From contig JANKJI020000004.1 in NCBI GenBank assembly GCA_024626585.2, positions 166,294,527 through 166,316,352 on the forward strand: DNA of 21,826 nucleotides, given 5' to 3'. Both the position numbers and the translations under genes were made by a program. The notes under the pieces are model-generated. The model ran no database searches. It saw nothing but the letters and a program-made list of their open reading frames with translations, and was not told the DNA's origin. Within the stretch, counting starts at the first letter, position 1. Each line of letters opens with the position of its first letter. Origin of the DNA: Ginkgo biloba. Its lineage: Eukaryota; Plantae; Ginkgophyta. Positions 1 through 15,099 of this stretch are shown piece after piece.

Positions 1-302
1 GTGTATATGTGTGTGTGTGTATACATACATTACACGCACACACACACACACATGTCTATGACTCTGTGTATATATATGTGTGTGTGTGTGTGTATCTATG
101 TATGTGTATATGTATGCATGTATGTATATGCATTCATGTGTGTATACATACATACATTACACACACATATGTATGTATGCATGTACACACACACGCATAT
201 ATATGTGTGCGTGTATGCGTGTGTAGACACACGCATGTGTGTGTATACATTCATGCGCACACGCACATGCACACACGTGTATGTATTTTTACACACACAC
301 AA
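1..302. repeat. Compound microsatellite of (TG)n/(TA)n/(CA)n/(TACA)n blocks
   Basis: Directly visible near-continuous purine-pyrimidine alternation. The C/V/Y/H/T-rich ORFs here are translation artefacts of the repeat. Confidence 0.97.
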
Positions 303-1165
303 ACATTAATATCGTGATGGGCATGGTTGGCATCCATACATATTGATTGAAGGGTAGCTGTGGAATCCAAGTTTTAGACAATAAGGTCACATGCACCAAG
401 GAGTGATTGGGGATGGTTGTGTTGTCAGAACGTTAGTAGATAGTTGTTTGGGCCAAACCTTTTGGAATGTGGATAGAAAAAATAGAGACTTGTTTGATCA
501 CTATTTGTTGCCGGCCCAAAGTTTCCTCTTTAAATAGGTGTATTCAATTTAGTGTTTATATATACTTGCAACAAAGACTATGGGTATGTTATTTTAAGCC
601 ACTCCCCAAGAAGCAAAATGTTTCACTATAGTTTTCTATTTTATTGTGTTCATATTGTGTCTTTATAAATCATAATTAGATAAATTTAACATTGATTAAA
701 CATTTTACTATATTACTAAAATCAAAGTCAACCTAATGTAACCTTACACACACAAGTAATGTTTCTTTGTAACCTACAATCAAGATATTTGTAGTGAATA
801 TTATTGTGAGTTGCAATTGGTAATTTTTTATATCTTATGTATTGAAATCTATATCCAAAGTTTAAAATCACTAAGCACAACACAATTAAATGAAGTTATT
901 TTATGATTTGCACGGTCATTTCTCACTCACATTTCCCATTTTTCAAGAATGTTTGGTGTAAAATGCATCCCAGTAAAGAGCACATCGCTAGTTACATGGA
1001 CAGTCCCTAAGAGACTTGAATAGGGGGTCGACTGCTTCTCACGAATAGATTGGCAATCTAGAGCCNNNNNNNNNNNNNNNNNNNNNNNNNNNNNNNNNNN
1101 NNNNNNNNNNNNNNNNNNNNNNNNNNNNNNNNNNNNNNNNNNNNNNNNNNNNNNNNNNNNNNNNN

Positions 1166-1560
1166 GCTTACAGTGGGGCTCATCCATTCACTATTATCTA
1201 CCTTATAAATATAGTCGACCTCCAACATCTTGTCAATTTCGGCCTCGACTTGTTCTTTGTAATTGGGATTCTTTTCATATGGCCATTGTCGCTTGGGCTT
1301 AGCTACATCTATTAGATTGATATAATGTTGACCTAGTTTCAAAGGATTGCCTTTTAAGACTTTGTAAGACCATGCAAATATGTCCTAGTATTCTTGGAAA
1401 AGTGTTGTTGCTTGAGTAATAGTTGTCGTATATCAGTAGTCTCCCATGATTATATGATGGGATTTTTTTGTAGTTCCAATGTTGATCAATTGTGTTTTTA
1501 GTTCCTGGAAGTGGATTGTCTTTTTATCTTGCGTCAAGGAATGTGCAGGTGTTTCATCGA
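1166..1560 (-). mobile_element. Degenerate Ty3/gypsy pol fragment, N-terminal part of reverse transcriptase
   Basis: The minus strand reads LINIGTTKKSHHIIMGDY*...LFQEY*DIFAWSYKVLKGNPLKLGQHYINL...PKRQWPYEKNPNYKEQVEAEIDKMLEVDYIYKVDNSEWMSPTV. This matches the gypsy pattern DIFAWSY...VKEEIDKLL.AGFI.PV..SEWVSP. It has in-frame stops and is cut by the gap at 1165. Confidence 0.88.
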
Positions 1561-4500
1561 TTAGTCTCTCCCCATATTGAATTTGTGAAAATTTTTTTGG
1601 GTATTGCGAGGTTGCATTGGGATTGGGTATGACATCATTTGGAGGGATTTCTAGTTCTACCCTTTGCCCATCCTTTGATGGTGGGTCACTTACTAACAAT
1701 ATACTAAAACATTGTAAGTCTTGGATTTTATGAGCTATGGTGCATGTTGCTTCATGATACTTCTTACAATGTTTATGAAATTGCTCTTTAAGTCCAACCA
1801 TGTTTCTTTTTGTAGGCTTTCTTGACATTGGAACCATAGTTGTTTGGTTGGGTTGAGAGAGGTGATCCAATAGTGGGCCCATTCTTGTCAGAGTATACTA
1901 TTTTTTTCCATAAGACCTTACATTTCCTAATGTGCTTTTCAGTTGGTTCTTTGGAATTATACATGGATAGTTGAGGTGAGTGGATTTTGTCGAAACATAT
2001 CTCGAAGCATTATCTTAGATGTGACCAAGCATAAAATTCCTTTTGATAAGCTAGAAACCGACTGAAAGCATTTCCTTCTAATGTGATAGGAAACATTGTC
2101 TTTCTTTTTTGTCATTCCTAGAATTGGTTGTCCATCCATATCTTAATACATTGTTGAATCTGTTGTTTTGTGTGTTGTTCTCAGGTGACTTTGAGGTTCC
2201 AATTTTCTGTTATCTCCAAAATTTCGTTTCTTCTATTTTGCTATCACTTGATTCCTTGGAATCTGAAAGTACGTCGACAAATGCATCATCTTCATTGACC
2301 AATTTTGTCATGCTTTCCTTGTTATCATATACAATTGTCTATTTATAGCATGGTTGTGTGGCGGATGCCTCATATTCTTCCTGTAACTAATGAAGCATGT
2401 GCTCAGATATAGAGTCCTCATTATCAAATCGTGCTTCCCCTTGTTGATTAGGCCAATGATGATCGTTGTTAGTAACTGGAAGTGGGTCATGTATGTCATG
2501 ATAAGTTGATTTGGAATATGTAACACCACCGACCCATGTGCAGCACTTTCAAAGATTTAAGGTGAAGCTAGAAATAGAATTGTACAATGTAGACNNNNNN
2601 NNNNNNNNNNNNNNNNNNNNNNNNNNNNNNNNNNNNNNNNNNNNNNNNNNNNNNNNNNNNNNNNNNNNNNNNNNNNNNNNNNNNNNNNNNNNNNGAAGAA
2701 CAGTTGCATTTATTTGATTAAATTTGATGCAGAATAGATGATGTCAAGGCCTTACGACTTACAAGATTTATAATGTACAAAGTGCCTTTTGATAGGCAAT
2801 CTTGCTAGAGTCATGCCTTTTTGCTATTTTAACTATTATGCTAACTGTCCATTAGTTATACAAAATTGAATATGGTCGTTTGATTATCTGATCAATAATG
2901 TTGATTCTGCTGCTACTAGTTTTGGACTCTCTTGAGATGATCGACGACTGTCCTTTCAGACAACCAATAGGTGATCACATTATGACTGATATCTGATGCC
3001 CTTGTTGTGACCGATAACTTGGTGTCAAAACTCTAGCAAACAAGGAAATCCATTTTTGATGTTTCTGCTAAATGGAAACTTTGGCTTTTCATGAAACATA
3101 TGCAACTATGGTTGATTATTCACCACCCATGTTCCTTTGTCCTCTTTGTCACTTTTATTCTCGTTCCTCCAACAGCTGCAAGATTAGTTGGCATTGTTAA
3201 AGAGATCCGTTTGACATTTTCATTTGCATACAATGAGTCTTCCAATAATTCCACAATTGTGTGGGTTTCTTCGTCTTCTTGGACAAGATGATTAGGAATC
3301 AATCTCACCCAGCACTGGAACAATTCTCTTTCCTGTGGAATTGGTATCAATATCTCAAGGACGAGATTCATTCAAGATGTGGTAGGAGTGGAATTTACAT
3401 TGCACTGTTATCACTCCTCGATGTCCAATATCGGTTGATGTCCCTGATATCCACCCACCCACCCAATCCTGGATGTTGGCACGAACCAAGACTGGAAAAC
3501 CCTGTGCTAATTCAGGGGAGGCAACGACACCAGATGTTAGGTACAAATTCCCAAGTTACAAATTTAGAATACCATTGAGATGGAAGGGTGGAGTGTGTGC
3601 TCCATGCTAATCAGTTAAAGATTACATGCGCAAGATGAGGGTCCAGCCATTGCATACAAGGCGATTGTGTCATTGCCAATATGATGTTGATGTGATAGTT
3701 TTGAAGGGGGCCCATTATAGTAGGAGGAACTCCTTTTGTACAACAATAATAAATGATGGTGATGGTTGCATCGCATACCTAATCACCACTGTCCATAACT
3801 CATTCTCTTAACTGATCCTCCATGATGCAACTGCTAAGACAGTTCATGTACTTACACAAAATGTACATGACTATTTACATAAACTTGATTGGCCTACTAA
3901 CGCCATGTGGAATGCTGAAGGGTCAAGGAAGTTAGAACCCATTAGGAAAATCACTTGAGAATCTCAATGCAGAACTATGGGAAAATTTCAGAGCAAAGAA
4001 AGTTGGAGGATACCTTTCTAACCACTACAACTGGCTTCCAGAAGACACGAAAAATTCCATGACAGGATTCAATAGAATGGAGCTCTGGAAAATAAGGGTG
4101 GTCTTACTGTTGGACTTAAAAAAGCAGCAAGCAGAAGAAGAAGTGATGTGCCTCTTGTAAACTCTGTTGGAGATGAATAGTATAAAGGTCAATATAAGCA
4201 TTTTCATCTATAATGTCAGTAGGTGGTAGAGTTCAAACATTCATGGCAGGTACCCATGTCTCAAAACTTGAGAATCAAGAGCGCTCAAAGTGGTTTACCT
4301 TGGCACAACATACCTTTGCTTCAGAAGCTCAGTGAATATTTAAGGCTTGGGCAGAGAAATCGTTCATTTCATGTGGGGTAATTAAAAGCATAGGCCAAGG
4401 AAGACTTATATTGGCAGACAATGATACTTGAATTCAAGTCTAGAAATAGCTGGGATACGTAGATGTGAATAACATTCATAAACCCAGGATGTGGAGGCTA

Positions 4501-5083
4501 GTAGCATTGTTGTAGTGAAATAGAGCAGGTTGATCCTCTAACATTCTAGCCCATGGAAAAATTGGACCTTCACCATATCAGCAATATTCTAGGGCATAGG
4601 ATTTATTGGCTAGAAAGGATTAACCAGATTAGAAAAAATCAGAAATTACCCTGTTCTTTAAAGAACATTTTGCTTTGAGCATTGGAAGCAAAAATTCAAA
4701 ATGATCCATTAGTTTAGGGAAGATGAGCTTGATAATGTTGGCTATCTGTCTACAGTGGAAGCTCTTTGATTTTGTACTGATACCATTAAATAGACAAGTT
4801 GTAATAGGTTACTTTTCTTAAGAGGCACAGGGTCTATGCAGCTCAATTGTCACCTATTGGATGTATTACTGTGTTGCAAAAGGCTCACCGAGCCAATCAA
4901 TTGTAATCCTTCTCAGTTATCAGAACTATGTCTTTTTCAGAGAACAAATTGTTGATTCTGGTACCCTATGAGGTGACCAAAGANNNNNNNNNNNNNNNNN
5001 NNNNNNNNNNNNNNNNNNNNNNNNNNNNNNNNNNNNNNNNNNNNNNNNNNNNNNNNNNNNNNNNNNNNNNNNNNNNNNNNNNN

Positions 5084-6070
5084 GAATGTGGGAAATCAAA
5101 GACTATAAGTGATAAAGGTGAACAAGAAGAAGGATATTGTGAGGAATTAGAAACCATAAGTGATGAAGATAAAGGCAATGATGAAGAGAAATTGTAGAAA
5201 CAATCCTTCATGGACAAGGTACCTAACGAGAAACCAGAAGTTAAGGACACATCGATGGATAACAAAAATAATGATGATAATGATGAAGGCATAGGAAGTT
5301 CAACACCACAAGTAGAAAAGGTGGAAGCTTCTCCAACGATAGTTACAAGACTTCCAAAGCTAGACACATTCAAGACTCATGGGTACATATAAATATCTAT
5401 GCTACTCATGATGATACATTCAGGAGCTACATAGAATTTTATGGATAAAAGGCAAGTTAAAAAATTGGGATTACAACTCAAGAGATATCGATTTCCCATT
5501 ATGACCCCAGGAACATAAGCAACTCATGTGCAAGGGGATTGTCAAAAATGTACAGGTACAAATGGGTAAATATATATTTTATGATTCTTTCTTTGTTGTT
5601 CTAATTGAAGGTATAGATGTAATATTAGGAATTCAGTGGTTGAAAACTTTGGGAATGAATGTAGTAAATCATGTACAAGATTTTACGGCATTCAAGCAAA
5701 AAGGGATAAAAATCATAAAATACAAGATCCAAGGTATAAAAGCAACCAAAAGTAAGTATAACCAAAGCTCAACAAAGGGAAGCAAATTGAGCACTGCAAC
5801 ATTGTTCAACATGATAGTACGATCAAATGCAATGACGAAGAATATTGATGGAACAAAGAATGAAGCACAAATTCATGTTGAAGACTCTATGATAAGAGCC
5901 CACTCAATAGCAAAGGAAACAATGATACATGCCACATCATTTCAAGAAGAAGTCAAAGGTGAAGACCATGATAAGGTACAAAATCAACAATCATTATACA
6001 TTCAAGAAATAAAGAACAAGAACAATGAAGAAACTCATGACAGTATAGCGACTACCATGAAAGATAAATG
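5084..6070 (+). mobile_element. Degenerate Ty3/gypsy gag C-terminus plus aspartic protease (retropepsin)
   Basis: An acidic spacer is followed by TFKTHGYI*ISMLLMMIHSGAT*NFMDKRQVKKLGL (decayed LIDSG.THNF active-site motif, about 5414-5440) and CKGIVKNVQVQMGKYIFYDSFFVVLIEGIDVILGIQWLKTLG (D.ILG..WL motif). Stops and frameshifts are present. Confidence 0.88.
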
Positions 6071-6288
6071 AAGGAACAAAAATACTAAACCACATAGACA
6101 TTCACACTTTCACAAAGTTATATGGAGATACTATACAAAAATATCACTAGTGTAATGGTTTTATCCCATGATGAGAGAAAGACCAAAAAATAATCCAAGA
6201 TGGAGGAATAATATTGAAGATGAAAGATAACTGGACATAAAATAAAAGTTTTATAAAGTATAATTTTTTTAGGGAAAATAATATAAAT

Positions 6289-6400
6289 AAGGGAAGGAAT
6301 GTAATGTCCCTAATTGAAGATCCATGGTCCCTAAGTGGAAGATTTATAGTTTTAATAATGTATATACACTTTATCATAATTATTTGTTTTTCAAAAACCA
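6289..6400 (+). mobile_element. Polypurine tract (6289-6299) and start of a 3' LTR (TG at 6300); LTR end not located
   Basis: AAGGGAAGGAA is immediately followed by TGTAATGTCCC, downstream of and co-oriented with the gypsy protease. The end coordinate is arbitrary. Confidence 0.6.
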
Positions 6401-6522
6401 AAATGTCAATTTTGGTACCCTACTATGTTAACACTATCTGTGCCATGGTTGATTAACGGAAGCATGGTCAATATGATGATGGTTATTTTGGAAATTTGTT
6501 CCTACATGTAAATTTTCTGCAG

Positions 6523-7298
6523 AAGAGATTCCTATTAGATTGGGGTGAACTTTGTGGGTCTTGATATCCTTCTTTTTTGTAAGATAACTTTCTTCTTTCA
6601 CAATTGAAGTGCAAAAGTTACTGAATGAGAACTGGCCTGTATTTGAGGCTGAACTTATGTAATGAATTCACCATCTTTGAGGCCAAATGAATCAGATCTA
6701 AGTTGTCTGATATGCAGTTTTTGGTGGTACAGAATGTGCACTTCTAAGCAACAGTGATGTCAGTTAAGCAAAGATGGAACTTGCATAAGTCTTTCACTTC
6801 TCCAACTCTCTATCTTGAATTCAGATAAAAAAACAATTGTCCCATTGCTTCGTGGAATCTGAATATATGGTCAAGATGTGATTCACTGTATCAGATCCTT
6901 GTGTGGCACAATATTAACATGAAATGTGCCTAACCTGAACAGTGGATGCATTCCATTTGGTTTTCTTGTTGGATTTCTTGGCTATCCTTATAAGGATTGT
7001 GTCATCTTATTTCCTCAATGAGATGAAATGCATTTACCCATATATGATTGGAAAACCTGAAGAATTTGTATGTGTCATAAGGTGGGTTGTATGCATCTTA
7101 GTATTGTATGAAACTGCTGTTTACCTTATCTTCTAAACCTATGAAACAAAGTTGTACTCTATAGAAACTGGATATTTCATTTGGCAGCTGCATTCTGAAT
7201 ACAAAAGAGATGTCAACAAGAAGCATGGATTATCAAACGCATTTGATACTTGGAGAAATTTTGAAGATCAAAAGTTGAAAGATTCTAAAGAAAGGAAG
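6523..7298 (+). pseudogene. Unidentified three-exon gene-like fragment (candidate exons 6523-6563, 6941-7067, 7188-7298)
   Basis: Splice-like signals: acceptor ttttctgcAG at 6522; ATATCCTT at 6564 to ctgaAC at 6940; GTATGT at 7068 to ttggcAG at 7187; AAG|GT at 7299. The joined frame reads KRFLLDWGELCGS*VDAFHLVFLLDFLAILIRIVSSYFLNEMKCIYPYMIGKPEEFLHSEYKRDVNKKHGLSNAFDTWRNFEDQKLKDSKERK, with one stop in about 93 codons. I do not recognise the family. Confidence 0.55.
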
Positions 7299-7821
7299 GT
7301 TACTGTCTAGTATTCTCTTTTTTAAGAATCATGAATATGTTCAAAGTTTGAAGTGGCAAGGACGGTTATTTTATTATGAGTTTCATGGAATCAAAGAAGA
7401 AATAAATCAGAGTTGATAAATATTGGTAGTAAAGTTCGTTAAGTGTTGAAGTTTAGATCTTGAAAGTTTGAGGAGATTCATGGTAGGTGATAGATTGTAT
7501 GGATAAACATGTTAAGGATGCCCAAACCACAGAACCCCTAAATAATAAAAAAAAAATTCATATCAGACATGGCTTGTTAAAATGGCTTGAAATTTATCAA
7601 GTTTGGAGATCCTCCTAAACCTTTGAGAGCCTAAATTCCTTCATCAAGAAGAGACTAAGTCACAACATTTCATATTTTTCAAAGTCTAGATGAATTCTAA
7701 CTCAAGAAACCACCTAGATATTGATAAAATAGGAAAAANNNNNNNNNNNNNNNNNNNNNNNNNNNNNNNNNNNNNNNNNNNNNNNNNNNNNNNNNNNNNN
7801 NNNNNNNNNNNNNNNNNNNNN

Positions 7822-8620
7822 TATGAGTCATCTATGGTAGACTTTAAAATAATTAAGGAACTTTTCTCTTCACACACCTCAATTAAATGTGATTGGATGC
7901 AAAATTAATACCTAAGTTGGTGCCATGCATTTTTGTAGAGACGTGGCATTCATGCATTAATACAGACTCCATTTTTTCATTTATTGAATAGGGTTTGATG
8001 AACTACCTTAAAATTTCCCTATAGAAGGAGTATTATTCTCATCTGCATACTATCCATTGTAAATAAGAGACATATAAGAAGACCAATCATGCTGTCAACA
8101 ATGCTTAGAATAACCTAATTGAATTTTACTTTAAATTACAACCACAAAACAATGGTAGGTACCATAAAAATCTTATAACAAATTGTTTAAGAGAATTGTT
8201 GAGAATTTCCTTGGTGCCAAATATGTTTTAGGATGGAATCAAATTAAGGTAGAACTATATATTTTCATCTCAAGTGAATCATTCTTTCATAAAAAAAAAG
8301 GTTCCAACTCAATTCAACATTCAAGAAATACGATGAAGTATATTAAGAGAATCCATAATGGGATTAAAAATCCTAGTCACCCCTCCAATAATCGAGATCA
8401 AAAACACCTTGGACACCTTCCATATCAACTATAGAGATACCTTTTATGAATTAATCAATATGGGACCAAATAAAAGGGAAACTAATGCGCTTTGGAGGTC
8501 CGATTTGATTCAAGTTACAACTATACACGAGGTGATGGCATTATGGATGCTAGTGGAATGGTGCACTTGAAGATTTTATTTTAGGATTCAAACCATTTTT
8601 TCTTCCATTGAAAAGGTATT
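7822..8620 (+). mobile_element. Possible highly decayed LINE ORF2 remnant (RT C-terminus / RNase H-like)
   Basis: Weak resemblance only: ESSMVDFKIIKELF...IGCKINT* (compare EA..IK.IL..Y...G.KIN..KS) and QVTTIHEVMALWMLVEWC..ILF*DS (compare TNN.AE..ALW...GDS). Confidence 0.3.
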
Positions 8621-9452
8621 ACGTATTCTTAGTCTATAAATATTTAAAGAGATCCTACACCTCCCTCCCCATTCAATATTTTTTTCCTTTGAGTTAGTGG
8701 AGGATTTCTTCTAGAAGAACCCTAGAATTCCATCTTTGGTAAATTATTGGATGGAGAAAAAAGTATAAAAACCCGTAAAGAAGGAAGTTTATGATGAAAA
8801 TATATTGAATAAGATCTTATACAAGATCATTATATCCCTTTCTAAGTCAATTTTTCAATGAAAAGGATACAAATAAAGTTTATCACTATATGATTATGAT
8901 TATTGTTGAAATTTATAAAAAGGGGATCTCCTTCAATTAGGTATACATTATCAATGAGATTACCTCATAGTAGCTCATGGAGCTACCTTAGTCCCGTTAT
9001 TTTTATATGAATTTCTATTTTGTTTATGCTTTATTATTTTCCTTGAATTTTCTTGNNNNNNNNNNNNNNNNNNNNNNNNNNNNNNNNNNNNNNNNNNNNN
9101 NNNNNNNNNNNNNNNNNNNNNNNNNNNNNNNNNNNNNNNNNNNNNNNNNNNNNNNATTATTCCTTTGAGTTTTGTAAAGCAGTAAGCAAATATCTGTTAC
9201 TGTTGCTTTCATTATAAACATGGAGGAGGAAGATTCATATTAGTTAACCCTTCCATTTGTAGGGATAAAGTCTATGAAATTTTGGAAATCAAGCATACTG
9301 CTTAGGGTCAGTGTTGAAATTGTGAAGTCGCTGTTTCACAGAATATTTGTTTCTGCTAGCAGCAGTCATGGATGAATTTGATCCATAATTTGAGCTCTAT
9401 GTTTANNNNNNNNNNNNNNNNNNNNNTTTTTTTACGTTGTGTGACGATACAG

Positions 9453-9519
9453 GTATTTTACTGGGCTTTTGTCTCCATGGAAAGGAATTCTATTATTTGG
9501 CCCACCTGGAACTGGAAAG
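9453..9519 (+). CDS. KATNAL2: Internal exon of a katanin p60 ATPase-containing subunit A-like 2 gene (AAA ATPase Walker A)
   Basis: 67-nt exon with cAG acceptor at 9451-9452 and AAG|GTTTGC donor at 9520. It encodes (phase-2 G)[22 protein letters not shown]. The [20 protein letters not shown] pattern is characteristic of the KATNAL2 / Arabidopsis At2g34560 type. Confidence 0.93.
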
Positions 9520-12814
<3,295 letters not shown>

Positions 12815-12955
12815 TAGCATCATTTCATGAAACAAGTAGTGCATGTGCAATTAGAAAGAAAAAACAACTATACTATATTAGTGTTGACAGTGATAAAAAA
12901 GCAACTAATAGGACTGGTACATACAAGCATGCAATATACATCAAAAAGTGCATAC

Positions 12956-13367
12956 AGAATCTCCATTCTACGTTGTTCATTAAAAGGAGTGCAAATGGCA
13001 TCTCCCTTGTGACTCCAGCACTCTATACCAAGAAATAAATAATGTGCAAAGTGACTCAAAGTGTGGCATAGCTGGAGTCAGTGTGGTACAGCTATATGTA
13101 GAGATAGGCAGTGCTACATTTGACAAAATGGCCAAACAATGTAATTTGTGCTTACGATGTTGCAGTTTACAATTAACAAATGAAAACCTGAGGCAGTTTA
13201 AGAATGTTGCTGAAATAATTCTTATAACGCTATAAAAGTTTGTATCAAGCTGCAGGACCTGTCCTACACCATGCTTCTAGCAGGTAAACATGCCTACATG
13301 AATAAACCATCAAACTACAGTGAACACAGAGGTCAACTGGTTGAACATAAAACTGTCCGGAATGTTC
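12956..13367 (-). pseudogene. Possible antisense gene fragment (candidate exons 13367-13188 and 13022-12956)
   Basis: Minus-strand acceptors tttttatgcAG and ttatttcttggtatAG, and donors CAG|GTTTTC and CT|GTATGC. The flanks are T-rich on the minus strand. Every frame of the 180-nt piece has stops, and no family is recognised. Confidence 0.3.
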
Positions 13368-14049
13368 CTGCATAAAAAGAGTCTCAAATAACAAATTGGA
13401 ACTCAATTTTTTTCTTTGAATTGGGGATTGACATCAAACAAAAAGAAAAAAGGTGATTAGAAAATGCTTCTGAGGGAGAGACATTGGAAATTGTGACAAT
13501 CAGGGAGATCAGGACATAATTTTCCAGCAGGAAAGTTAAGAAGAGAATCTTCAAGCACAGATCTTTAATAGCAATTTACTATGCACCAATAGCAGTCATA
13601 TTCTAAACAAAGCATGGAGACAATGGAAGCAAATCACTATGTTAACTCTCTCTGTTCCTACAGGGCAATGCCCTAAGCTCCCACCTGGTTCATCCTCAAG
13701 TCAGACTTGCATTATCAAAAAGCTTGTGTGGTTGTGCACCTTTCATGACCCTTCATATAAATTAATTAACTACTAATTATTATTATTTATTTATGAAAGT
13801 TATACTATGAATTATTCATAATTAATGGTAATTTAGGGTCACAACAGTATACTTTGTGTGCTCAAAAGTAAGTGATTCAACTATAAAGATATTTAATTCT
13901 TATAAAAGAAAATTTGCATATATATTGAAAAAAAAATTAAGGAATTTAAAACATATAAATAATGAAAATTTTACTTTATAACCTCCACATACAGAAGCTA
14001 GACTTGACAACAAATTGTAAACACAAAAATAAAAGAAAAAATTTGTGTT

Positions 14050-14197
14050 GTGTAAAAAGGCACACCAATATAACTAAATGAGTGCACTTTTTTGCAGAGT
14101 GTAGAAAGGCACACCAATTAAACTAAATCAGCACATTTTTTTATAAACATGTAAAAAGCCATGTCCATTGAATAGAATTGATGAAATTTTTTGCAAT
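14050..14197. repeat. Three diverged tandem units of about 49-50 bp
   Basis: GTGTAAAAAGGCACACCAATATAACTAAAT.. at 14050, GTGTAGAAAGGCACACCAATTAAACTAAAT.. at 14099, and a weaker third copy ATGTAAAAAGCCATGTCCATT.. at 14149. Confidence 0.75.
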
Positions 14198-15099
14198 TCT
14201 AGAGAAAATGACTATTTGCAAAAATCCATACCGATTAATGGGAATTATCGCGTTTGCCTGCATAGAAACATGTTGAAGTAAAAAATTAGACTATGCAGAG
14301 GTCAAAATGGACTTTGTAAAGGTGCCAAAAAAATAGTGGTTGTATACATTGTAGTGTAGGATTCATCCTATATGAAGAAACAAATAAAACCAAGAGAATA
14401 TATGATTCTCTCTTTACTAGAGGAAAATTTAAAAAAAAATTAAAATAAAACACCAGACTCTATAGTAGAGTCACCACTTTATTAGAACATGGACCTAGAC
14501 TCCTAATAGACAAGCCATAATGGCCATCTTCTACTAGTGAAATAAGCATTTATGGTGTTTATAAGGATAAGAAATCTTGGAAAAGGTAAATATAAGTATC
14601 AATTGGTGTCTAGTATTTGAATTATTACTTCCTCTAAGACTTTGCAAGGGATGAGAATCATATCCTGAACTTTACTCAACTACAAAAGTAGAACCTTAAC
14701 ACCAAGCGAAACACCATAAGATGAAATTCAAACTCAAAATTAATAGAAATTAAGATATACATTGGTAATGAAATGCCTTTCCATTAANNNNNNNNNNNNN
14801 NNNNNNNNNNNNNNNNNNNNNNNNNNNNNNNNNNNNNNNNNNNNNNNNNNNNNNNNNNNNNNNNNNNNNNNNNNNNNNNNNNNNNNNACCTGTGGTTGTT
14901 GTGTAATGAGTGGTCATATGGCTTAAGACAAACTAGTAGTCTTGCAGTCGCCCTTAGATTACCAGAACTGTAGCATCTCTCCTGTCTTTACGGAGATTGC
15001 CCTCAATGACTGTAATTCAGCGCTCAATGTGCTCCTTGCATTGGAATTTTCACCTTCATTCTTTAGTAATAACACAAACTCAAACCCTTAAGGATATTA

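Noticed and set aside
1-317. ORFs 1..309, 9..317 and 96..302
   Set aside because: Stop-free only because of the dinucleotide repeat.
927-1065. Minus-strand open stretch ALDCQSIREK..NILEKWE with a GTGAGT donor-like site
   Set aside because: Short, cut by a gap, no recognisable motif or partner exon.
2695-4983. Several 60-105 aa ORFs, PBS-like strings near 3020 and 4775, and a possible CX2CX4HX4C knuckle near 4862-4905
   Set aside because: No family motif recognised. The PBS matches are partial and the knuckle needs three indels. Probably old TE DNA but not assignable by eye.
13010-13080. 10-bp inverted repeat TGACTCCAGC / GCTGGAGTCA, a possible hairpin or miRNA
   Set aside because: A stem this short at this spacing is about what chance gives in 20 kb, and pairing is too short for a plant pre-miRNA.
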